IMG/VR virus record: IMGVR_UViG_3300025382_000030
Span: 1-32,006 of that record
Length of the DNA: 32,006 nt
Reading direction: 5' to 3' (one strand)
Source of the DNA: a virus
Taxonomy: Duplodnaviria; Caudoviricetes
Below the pieces are notes generated by a model. The model worked only from the letters and a program-made list of their open reading frames with translations. It did not search any database and had not been told where the DNA came from. Positions 1 to 9,000 of the stretch are shown piece after piece; position 1 is the first letter of the stretch; each line of letters starts with the position of its first letter. A program made the translations under genes and the position numbers.

Positions 1-1440
1 ATATAGTGCTAAAGTATTAGCAGTAATGTTAACGCCAAGAGTGGAGTTAGCAGTAATTTGAACGTTTGAACTGTTAGCAACAAGAGCACCACCAGTACCA
101 TATGGAATCAAGTATGCTTGTAATGTACCAGTTCTGGTATTAGCAGAAGTATCAATTGTTGTTGAAGTATTAGGATTGGCATTTGATACGAAGATTTTAA
201 ATACTGGATTGGTATTTGTTGAACTTGCTGCAATACGAGCAATACCTGAATACCAAATAGCTGTAGAGTTACCTGCTGGTGAATAGAAACCAGTATCAAC
301 AACGTCAGTTGTGGTGTTGTTATCACCAAGTTCAATGATATTATCATTAACAATTAATGTTGAAGTATTAACAGAAACAACTGAACCAGAAACAACAAGG
401 TTTCCAGAGATAACAGCGTCAGCAACCTTTAGGAATGCTGAAGTGGCATCAATATTAGCACCAGTAAATGTTACCTTAGTAGAGTTGGCAATAAATGCTG
501 TACCAACGCTAATTGTAGAACCATTAACAACACCAGTATATAAACCAGTAGTATTTGCTGTTAATCCAACCCCTGCAGTTGTATCATCAATTGTTAAAGT
601 AGTAGCAGTAATAGTAGCATTAATAGTATTATTACCAACAAAAACAGCAGTTGAGTTAGCAACTAAACCACCAGCACCAGTTCCAGTAGCACCAGCATTA
701 TATGATGTAGCGTTAACAAGACCAGTTACATAAGCACCAGTTGAGTTAACTATTAAACCATTAGCATTTAATGTTGTAGAATTAGCAACAAACGTTGAAC
801 CAACGCTAATTGTAGCGCCATTAACATTACCAGTAGTGAATACGCCTGAAGAGTTAGAAACAACAGATGTACCAACACTTAAAACAGCAGCATTAACTGT
901 ACCAGTGGCAGTCCATAGACCAGTTGAGTTGGCAACTAATGAAGTTCCTACAGTATGGCTTGCTGCGTTAACAGTAGTAGCATTAACTGTAGTTGTATAT
1001 ACGTTATTACCAACAAAAAGAGTATTAGAAACTTTATCAAAGGTAAATCCAGCAACACCGTTGGCTACACCAGAATCATTGAATTGAACTTGTGTATTCG
1101 CACCAGAAGTTCCAGTTCCCCAATAAACATTTGATCCAGGACCTGCAGAAAGTAAAACCTGACCTGCAGTACCAGTTTGACCATTAGCAAAAACAATAGT
1201 TGGAACAAGATTAGCAACAATAACCTTATCAATACCAGAAGTGGCATTGACAACCATTGCTTGGTTAGCTGTTAGAGTACCAGGATTTCTCTGACCGCCA
1301 ATTGCTTCAACACCAGATCCATCTGGCAAACCAATCCATAGTGTATGTGAGTTTTGAGTATATGCTAATTCACCGTTTGACAGACCAGTTACGGTAGCAT
1401 TGGCTGTAGATCTTTTGATCTGAATCTTATTATTGGCCAT
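1..1440 (-). CDS. Tail fiber-like protein, 3'-truncated at the window edge (480 codons visible; absent from the ORF track)
   Basis: Hand translation from ATG 1440 gives MANNKIQIKRSTANATVTGLSNGELAYT..., open to position 1. The IQIKRS..L..GELA start resembles the Mtd_N/fiber N-terminal motif. It has ANST/VNAAS beta-repeats and a GNLVVSG..VNTSTLIVNDNIIEL fiber motif. SD AGGAGA lies upstream. Confidence 0.85.
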   Translation of the reverse strand, partial: MANNKIQIKRSTANATVTGLSNGELAYTQNSHTLWIGLPDGSGVEAIGGQRNPGTLTANQAMVVNATSGIDKVIVANLVPTIVFANGQTGTAGQVLLSAGPGSNVYWGTGTSGANTQVQFNDSGVANGVAGFTFDKVSNTLFVGNNVYTTTVNATTVNAASHTVGTSLVANSTGLWTATGTVNAAVLSVGTSVVSNSSGVFTTGNVNGATISVGSTFVANSTTLNANGLIVNSTGAYVTGLVNATSYNAGATGTGAGGLVANSTAVFVGNNTINATITATTLTIDDTTAGVGLTANTTGLYTGVVNGSTISVGTAFIANSTKVTFTGANIDATSAFLKVADAVISGNLVVSGSVVSVNTSTLIVNDNIIELGDNNTTTDVVDTGFYSPAGNSTAIWYSGIARIAASSTNTNPVFKIFVSNANPNTSTTIDTSANTRTGTLQAYLIPYGTGGALVANSSNVQITANSTLGVNITANTLALY

Positions 1441-1469
1441 TTTAGATGGTTCTCCTGATTATTTTTAAT

Positions 1470-1477
1470 TATTTAGT
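1470..1477 (-). promoter_or_regulatory. Putative T4-like late promoter variant ACTAAATA
   Basis: + strand tatttagt in the intergenic gap about 30 nt upstream of the fiber ATG; a variant of TATAAATA. Confidence 0.5.
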
Positions 1478-1489
1478 AAAAAGGTGTCC

Positions 1490-1765
1490 TTAAAAAATTC
1501 CCCCGTCAAGGTTCCCATCAATCTCAGTAAATTCAACATGTTTTACAATATATGTATTAGTGGGCTGATCATAAATTAAAGTTGCCCCGTCAGTTCTTTG
1601 TGACAGATTTACGTCTGTCATTTGATCAATAGTATGTGCACCAGATCCAGACATAATTGTTGGTACATTTTTAAGTGTAACAGGCACAGTAGTATCAATG
1701 ACTCCACCAGTTCCATGAGTGGAAACATTAACTGTTCTTTTTCTTGATACTACTACATTTACCAT
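1490..1765 (-). CDS. Small virion/fiber-associated protein (91 aa)
   Basis: Contains TIDQMTDV...DGATLIYD and a C-terminal LDGGIF, motifs typical of T4-like fiber-associated proteins; packed 1 nt from the upstream gene. Confidence 0.7.
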   Translation of the reverse strand: MVNVVVSRKRTVNVSTHGTGGVIDTTVPVTLKNVPTIMSGSGAHTIDQMTDVNLSQRTDGATLIYDQPTNTYIVKHVEFTEIDGNLDGGIF

Positions 1766-1766
1766 T

Positions 1767-2153
1767 TTACGTTAGCGGTGCTGAGTTAGGAAATATATTT
1801 GTATTTGGTGCTGGATATGTTTTTGCAGTAGCAGAAGGAGTTACAGTAATAATTCCCTCAACAACTCTTGAAACTGCTCCAGAACCTGCTTCTGTGATAT
1901 CAACATCATAGACATATCTTCCTGGTGTCATATTTGTTGTAGTATTTGAAGATAAACTTAAAGTTATAATACCAGCAGTGGAATTTATTGAAGTATTAAA
2001 TGCAATAAAATTTGATGAAGTATACCATTTTTTAATTAAAGAATTTGCAGTGTATCCAGACAAGTTTAATGGATCACCATTATCATCAGTAAGGTTTAAA
2101 TCTGTTGAATATGTAGTTCCTTGATCAATGACAAGGTGAGTCTTTGATGACAT
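1767..2153 (-). CDS. Conserved T4-like virion beta-sandwich protein (BppU-N-like fiber adaptor)
   Basis: LVIDQGTT...PLNLSGYTA...GRYVYDV...RVVEGIITVTP pattern, common in T4-like structural modules. Confidence 0.75.
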   Translation of the reverse strand: MSSKTHLVIDQGTTYSTDLNLTDDNGDPLNLSGYTANSLIKKWYTSSNFIAFNTSINSTAGIITLSLSSNTTTNMTPGRYVYDVDITEAGSGAVSRVVEGIITVTPSATAKTYPAPNTNIFPNSAPLT

Positions 2154-2827
2154 TAAATTACGGTCCTTACGTAATTGACTATACTATTAGTAACATTAAC
2201 ATTTGCAGAAAAATATAGTATAACGTGAGTGGTATTTGTTGCCGTTGTGAATACACCAACTTTAGTATTTGTTGTGATAGCACCATATTCAGTCATCATG
2301 GCATTAGAACCATCGTGAACTGTTAAAATTTTAGAAAGATAATGACTATTACTTGCATTATTTGAAGTATCTTTAACACTTAAAAGATATTCTGCGCCCA
2401 TATAAAGATTCATTGGATAGGCATCAATAGCATCAGGAACATCTGAATTATTAAGAACTACTTGACCATTAGAAACAGAAACATAAGTCCATGAACCATT
2501 GGCAGCAAGATGAAAATTATTTGCTCTTTGATCAACTGTTGGAACACCAATTGAAACATTAGAAACTGTATTGGAAATAGTTAAAGAAGGAGTTGATGAT
2601 ATATAAACATTAACTGTTGAATTACCAATACTAATGGCATTGGCGGTAAATTTACCTGTAATTGCTGCATTCCCAACTGCCGCTGCAGATACTTGAGAAG
2701 TATTTGATAAAGGATTATCAGTAGTTACTGCACATTTTGATGCAATTTCGGCAAGTTCATTTGTTCTGTTACGCCAAAAATCAAATGTTGAAGATAAAAC
2801 TGTGGACTGTACATTAGGTGAAATCAT
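2153..2827 (-). CDS. Short fiber/virion structural protein (224 aa)
   Basis: N-terminal TFDFWRNRTNEL anchor motif and a C-terminal AEYLLSV..SKILTVHDG...TEYG domain seen in T4-like virion proteins; overlapping stop/start with both neighbours. Confidence 0.7.
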   Translation of the reverse strand: MISPNVQSTVLSSTFDFWRNRTNELAEIASKCAVTTDNPLSNTSQVSAAAVGNAAITGKFTANAISIGNSTVNVYISSTPSLTISNTVSNVSIGVPTVDQRANNFHLAANGSWTYVSVSNGQVVLNNSDVPDAIDAYPMNLYMGAEYLLSVKDTSNNASNSHYLSKILTVHDGSNAMMTEYGAITTNTKVGVFTTATNTTHVILYFSANVNVTNSIVNYVRTVI

Positions 2828-3036
2828 TTATTATTTTCTCTTAGTAAAGATTGTAACATAATTTTTATTTCTGTTAGATCATTTTCAACACGATTTAGTC
2901 TTTCTGTGTCTTTATTCTTTGATTCCATAAATGCTTTTTGCTTTTTATATGATTCTAGCTGTCTGTTATCAATATTGAGAACAGCGCCTGAATTTGAGTC
3001 TTTGACTAAACCGTGAACATCTGTTTTAATATACAT
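2824..3036 (-). CDS. Conserved small coiled-coil protein downstream of the DUF4815 gene (70 aa)
   Basis: GLVKDSNSGAVLN followed by a heptad-like C-terminus; has an SD (GGAGA) and a late promoter upstream. Confidence 0.75.
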   Translation of the reverse strand: MYIKTDVHGLVKDSNSGAVLNIDNRQLESYKKQKAFMESKNKDTERLNRVENDLTEIKIMLQSLLRENNK

Positions 3037-3057
3037 TAAAAATCTCCAAGTTTATAC

Positions 3058-3065
3058 TATTTATA
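3058..3065 (-). promoter_or_regulatory. T4-type late promoter TATAAATA
   Basis: Exact consensus (+ strand tatttata) in the intergenic gap about 21 nt upstream of ATG 3036. Confidence 0.75.
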
Positions 3066-3068
3066 TTA

Positions 3069-6050
3069 CTACATCTGAAGAGCCAGAGTACGTAAGCTAT
3101 CTAAAATAGGAACTCTGGAAGAATCGTCTGATTGTAGAACAATTTTAATTTGGAATCTCAAAAATTTAGAATATAGATTAAGATTACTATTTAAATATGT
3201 AATACCATTTGGTGAAATCAAATAAGCAGTATTTCCTGTGGTTGTTGATGACCATGGGGTTCCAACTGATAAGAATGTATCATTAGCAATTGATACAACA
3301 ACTTGTTCATCGTTATTGATAGAAATTGTTTCTCCTGCCATCAACTCAGTTGTGAACTTAGTTGAAGAACCAATGATAGAATTATTTGTTATTGACGTTG
3401 AAACTGTTCCTGTTAACTGAATTGATGTATTTGTTGATAACCAAGCAGTCGTTGGAGGAACGGCCAAGAAATATTGAGTTCCTGATGTATAATTACCATT
3501 AAATGCATGATCAAGAGTTAGATGGGTATCATCAGTTATTGAAATAACTTGTCTTGTTGTTTCTTGGAATGATGAGTTTGCCTTTACGTTAATAAACCAT
3601 CCTGGTTGTAATTCTGTCGTAAATGCAGTTCCAGTTCCAACCACAGATGTTCCAGTAACACTATTAGCTGCAATAGTTCCAGAAACTGGAATCATTCCAT
3701 ATGCCTGACCAACAGTAAATGTGAAATCATTAAAGATACCAGGAGAACTTGGGTCACTAAAGAAATTTGAATTTTGGTTGATTAATGGAGTCCAAGTTTT
3801 GGCTGACATGGAATCTGTATCATCGCCATTCAAGAATTTAACATATACTTTAATGTCTGAACTTGGTGGTCTCCATGCAGATATTAATACTTGAATATCT
3901 TGAGCATCCTGACCAGGAGCAAGAGTAATTACTTCTGAAATATATGCAGATTTTGCATTACCATTTATTAATTCTTGATAATTAAATGATACAGGATCTA
4001 CACGATTACCAATAACTAGTTCTTGATATCTTATAGTATCAACCAACGGAGAGATGTAATCAGAATCTGATGTGAAGCTTGATCTAATAGTCATAGATTT
4101 TTCACTACTTCCATTATTAACTTCATTTGTTTTACTTGCAACAATTCTTTCTTGGTCCAAGAACTCTGCAGTTGCGCCAACAGTAATAGGATATTCTGTT
4201 GAATCCATTACATAGGTATTACTAATTCCTTTATATTTAAATGAAAGAGTTGTTCCTGAAGGAGTAATTGTCGCAAATTGTGGTACAAACGCATCAAGAA
4301 CAGCATTATAAAGACCAGAAGTATTAGCATAAGCAACAAGAGTTGTGTTATTAGGACCTGGACTTGTTGCTGCAGTAGTATTAGCAAATCTATGAACCTG
4401 TACAAAAGAATTGGTTCTAAAGTTACCAGTTGAATCATTAATATAAAAAATACTTTTAATGCTATCATAATAATTAATAATACCAGTAACTGATTGGTTT
4501 GCTTTTACAGTATTAAGATAATGAACTTCACCAGCAGAAGTAACTGATCCAGTAATATCTACATTACTTCCGCTTACTGTTGTTGAAAGTGCAACAGAAG
4601 AAGAATTGACAAAGCTAACGTAATAATAAGTATTTGCTGTTAGACCAGAAATTGCAGTATTTCCAGTTGGTACATTATAAAATACTCTATCATTGACTGA
4701 AATATAAGTATTTGCAGATCCAATATATAAAATATTTAATGAATTGCTATATCCGGCTGTGTTTGCAATGACATTAAAATTATGATTATCGCAGAAATAT
4801 AAATGATCTCCAGGTATAATACCAGCAGTTGTATTAACGTATGCTACATTATAAACTTCAACGTAATCTGTATTAGAATTGTTGAAAATAGCTTGACCAG
4901 TTAATGTATTTGATGAATTTGGTAAGAAACTTGCTCTTCTTAGATCAAACTTGATATACTCAGTGGGTAATGTTGTCCACTGATTCATAGTTGCACCTTC
5001 AAAAGCAGTTCCAACTACTGGCTGACTGTAAACTTGTGCACCTGTTGTGATATCTGTTTTTCCAAGTTCAGCACTAAAAACATAAAAATCTGGATCGTTA
5101 TTATCTGGTTTTACAATAAATGCATATTCTTTACCATTTGACATAAACACAGGTGATTCAAATACGAATGTAGTTGGTACAGAAGCATTATCACTGACAA
5201 AAATTTCAGAATTATTTAAATGAGTAGTTGAGAATGGAAGAATGTTACTGCCATCTGGATATCCATTATTAATTTCACAAAGATAAACTGTTATACCATG
5301 AGTAGTATCTGTTGATTTTTGTTTAAAGAAAATATCTAATGAAGTTGCATAAATTCCTGGTTCATTGTTATAAGTATTGATTGTTAGTCCTTGAGCGATT
5401 GGTTCATAGTAGACAGTAACATTAAGAATTGTCTGTAAAGCATCAGTACGAGTTGCAGTTACAGTTGTATTTGTTGTTGTTACTTGTTTTTGAATTGGTT
5501 GGTATGAGAAAGTTGGATTTACTGATGTCAAAGTTACTGTTTGTTTTGTCACAGATAAATTAGAAGCAACAAAAGAAGCAGAAGAAGTTGTTGTATATGC
5601 ATCACTTCCTTGTGCTAGATTGGTAACGTCAGCAATCTGCATAACTCTTTCGCCAGTTCTAAAGGTAGCTTCTGGAATCTGAAATTGTCCAGCAACAATA
5701 CCATTAGCGTCAGAATATATTGCAGTTCCCCAATTACCATTTTTTGGAATTGATTTATAATCAGAAGTATTAGAAACTGTTGTCTGATAATTACCAGATA
5801 CATCATTTACGGCAGGAGCACAATACTGATCAACTAAAACAGAATCAAAGAAAATATGCATTCTTTGGTTTGGACGCATATTATATGCAATAAAAGAAAT
5901 AATTCTTGAAGCAATATATGGTTGAAGAGCTACATCAGTAACAAAATTACCTACTGTTTGTGTGCTTGACTGTGAACCAACTACAAGCTGATTACCAGTA
6001 GACGTAATTGTGGATGTAGATGTTGCATAGTCTGTAATAGTTCCGGCCAA
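3069..6050 (-). CDS. C-terminal half of DUF4815/VrlC-like baseplate-associated structural protein (993 aa, TTG start)
   Basis: PYIASRIISF.A.NMRPNQR..FFD, FRTGER, EPIAQG, SLDIFF and FQIKIVL...VP...LR.LAL motifs match the back half of this family; own SD GGAGAG 4 nt before TTG. Confidence 0.8.
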   Translation of the reverse strand: MAGTITDYATSTSTITSTGNQLVVGSQSSTQTVGNFVTDVALQPYIASRIISFIAYNMRPNQRMHIFFDSVLVDQYCAPAVNDVSGNYQTTVSNTSDYKSIPKNGNWGTAIYSDANGIVAGQFQIPEATFRTGERVMQIADVTNLAQGSDAYTTTSSASFVASNLSVTKQTVTLTSVNPTFSYQPIQKQVTTTNTTVTATRTDALQTILNVTVYYEPIAQGLTINTYNNEPGIYATSLDIFFKQKSTDTTHGITVYLCEINNGYPDGSNILPFSTTHLNNSEIFVSDNASVPTTFVFESPVFMSNGKEYAFIVKPDNNDPDFYVFSAELGKTDITTGAQVYSQPVVGTAFEGATMNQWTTLPTEYIKFDLRRASFLPNSSNTLTGQAIFNNSNTDYVEVYNVAYVNTTAGIIPGDHLYFCDNHNFNVIANTAGYSNSLNILYIGSANTYISVNDRVFYNVPTGNTAISGLTANTYYYVSFVNSSSVALSTTVSGSNVDITGSVTSAGEVHYLNTVKANQSVTGIINYYDSIKSIFYINDSTGNFRTNSFVQVHRFANTTAATSPGPNNTTLVAYANTSGLYNAVLDAFVPQFATITPSGTTLSFKYKGISNTYVMDSTEYPITVGATAEFLDQERIVASKTNEVNNGSSEKSMTIRSSFTSDSDYISPLVDTIRYQELVIGNRVDPVSFNYQELINGNAKSAYISEVITLAPGQDAQDIQVLISAWRPPSSDIKVYVKFLNGDDTDSMSAKTWTPLINQNSNFFSDPSSPGIFNDFTFTVGQAYGMIPVSGTIAANSVTGTSVVGTGTAFTTELQPGWFINVKANSSFQETTRQVISITDDTHLTLDHAFNGNYTSGTQYFLAVPPTTAWLSTNTSIQLTGTVSTSITNNSIIGSSTKFTTELMAGETISINNDEQVVVSIANDTFLSVGTPWSSTTTGNTAYLISPNGITYLNSNLNLYSKFLRFQIKIVLQSDDSSRVPILDSLRTLALQM

Positions 6051-6072
6051 AATACTCTCCGTTTAAATAGAA

Positions 6073-9000
6073 TTAATTTTTTGCTTCTATCATATTTATA
6101 CCTAGCATACCATAATTAATTGCCAAGTATCCATTGTCCATTTTAACAACTGCTTCTGGAATAATCTTTTCAACTTCTTGTGCCATAAGACCAATATATG
6201 TCTTATCACTCCATAGATATTTAAAGCTATAAAGATTGATTCCTTCAACAAGATTAGTTAAGAACTTGATCTGTTTCTTCAACCTGATATCAGATGTCCA
6301 TAGAATATTTAATGTACCAATAGTAGCATTTGATGGATCATAACCAGCTCTTGCAAGATAAGTCCAAATATTAGCTCTGATAGCACCCGCAGTTGTACCA
6401 CCAGCAACGTAACCAAGATCAATAGTAACTTTATCTTGTGTAAGGATAGTACTAACAGTGGTAGATGTTGCAACTGACCAATCATTATAAATTTGTCCCA
6501 TTGGTCCAGCAGCAAAGTCTTTCCATGCAGCACTATTATCAATAACAATATTTAATGAACCAGTATTAATAGTGTCTTGATGATTGTCATATGAAGGAAC
6601 AATAACTAGAGTTCCATTCCATGCAAAAGCAACGTGAGCAGCATTTCTATATTTAGTTGCATATGGCTGAACCATTAAAGGAGTTTCAGCATAAGGTAAT
6701 GTCAATACTCTACCTGTTTTTTGAATATTGTTTGTGCTATCAACATAATATGTAACTGTTTTTGTCGGTGATAACACTTCAGATACTGATGACAAACTTG
6801 AAACATTAAATTCAATGTCAACAACAGTTCTATCAATTGATGGTCTTGCAACACCTTTTGTTCTATCAATAGCAATATTATATTCAGGATTAGATACATC
6901 CCCCAAAGAATGATCATTGAATGGATCAACGAAAATACCATTTTTAAATCTAGTTAGACCATTGGCATCTGTGATGTTCAATGATGATGTATTTTGTTCT
7001 AATAAAGAAAGTGTTGCATAATATTCAAGATTGGTAATTCTTTGTTCAAGAGTACCAATATCTTTCATTGTATAGCGACGATTTGTCACTAAGCTACTTG
7101 TGATAGATAATGAAGTATCTCTAATTAGAGTTTTTGAAGATCTATTTGTGCCTAATAATGAATTAGTCTGATCAGATGAAAGTGATGGATATGCAGGAAC
7201 GTTTAGAACTGACACTGCCATCGCATTTTCTGGAAATAAAGGTGTCTGAGGATTAGCTGAAGATAATCCTTCTTTAACCTTCAATACATTATCAGAAGTC
7301 ACATAGATAAGATCTTTTCTTGGTAGAAAATATGTATAGTTTGCTTCAAAGTTTTGAGTATAAGCTGGAACATGTAATTGTGATCCAGGAACATTAAATG
7401 TAAGAGTATTTAAAGGATTTGTGTTTGCATAAGAGATTGCAATTGATACAGAAAGAGTATTAGAGAAATCAACAACACCAGTATTATTTGCAGTTATATT
7501 TGCTACTGGTCTGAAATCAATATAATCTCTTAATGGTAGTTTGTTTCCAGATTCATCAATATATAATGGAATATCTTTTGTCTGAATTGCATTTGTGTTA
7601 GATGTGTTAACATCATCAATAGGATATGATTCAACCGTATAGAAACCGCTTCCTGAAGCAGTATTAGGAGCAAAATAATCCAACTGGACTAATAGATAAG
7701 GATTTGAAGTAGAACCATATCCAGGAGCAGAATATAGATATCCCAAATCATAATGAGTGTCTTTTTGACCAGAATCAAAAACAAATTGACTTGTAACATC
7801 AATACCTGAAGTTGTATATGATCCATCAGAAGATGCATAAATCTTTTTAATCTGATGGATATCACTAAATCCTAAACACCAAGGACCATTAGGATTGGTT
7901 GTGGTATTAATTTTAACAAATCTATCTTTGTAGATAGTTTTCTTTGCTGGTACTACCTGAGTTCTTTTAACATCATATATAACATCAACTGTTAAAGTTG
8001 ATGAAGGAACCTGATTTGATACAATTGTAAATGAAGTTGTATTTGTGACATTTACATATGATGATGGTGAACTTTGTTGATATTGTGCAATAGGTATAAT
8101 TTTACCTTTTATATATGATTTATAATATGTTTGACCTGACAAGGTGCTTGGCCAAGAAGAATCAACTGTTAATAATGAATTGTTGGCAATAGAAGTAACT
8201 GTTCTAATATTTGAACCTACTTTAATCGTATCACCAATAAACAATTGTGATGTGAATGTTGTGGAAGTATCACCAGTAACAGCCGTATTAGTGCTTGAGA
8301 TACCAATAGTACCAGATAATGCATTACTGTCAACATTTGCCGCAGCAACTAGAGTGAATGTTGTTGCATCAGAATCATTGAGAATACCAGAACCATAAGG
8401 AAGTTCATCAACACCACCAGTTGCAGAAACTGGAATTGTTACAACAACATTACCAGACGTGTTCATGCTTTGGCTAGTTGATATTGTTCTAAAAACATAA
8501 TTTGTATAATTTTGGTTATAAGCATCTTTTAGATTTTTTAAACCAGTTATACCAAAACCAAACAACTGTTTTTTGTTATTGGAATTCAAAATTCCGTTAG
8601 AATAAACGTCACCAACAGCTTTGTTGTCACCATTATAATAAACAGAAGCAATCTGATTGATATTATAACCAGAATTCAATTGAATATTGAATATGTGTAA
8701 AGCATAAAGGGTTGTATTAAGACCAACAACACCACTATTATAAGAAAAACATCTTACTGTTGCAGTACCAATAGCATTTCCTGTTGGAGTAAGAGATGAG
8801 TATTTTCTTGTAGATACTGCTTTTTGTGGCGTATCATATAATGTAACAGTCTGAGCGGCAGTAAAATTAAAAGAGCCAGCAACTTCATCTAATAACAAAT
8901 AATTACCATAACTAAATGTAATTTGCTGAAGAGGATTAACAGCAGTATCAACACCTCTTCTCATATTGATATATGCCATATTTTTAAGTTCTATTCTTGA

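Noticed and set aside
311-1087. Plus-strand ORFs 311-733 and 836-1087, and similar ones at 3238, 8144, 12211, 17103, 23139-23947 and 25627
   Set aside because: Antisense shadows of strongly codon-biased structural genes; no SD or family motifs, and fully overlapped by real minus-strand CDSs.
6051-6072. Stop-codon reassignment or readthrough explaining the split genes
   Set aside because: Both splits change frame (22-nt and 11-nt gaps) and end in TAA. TAA, TAG and TGA all serve as normal stops in the window, and downstream halves have SD-like sequences.
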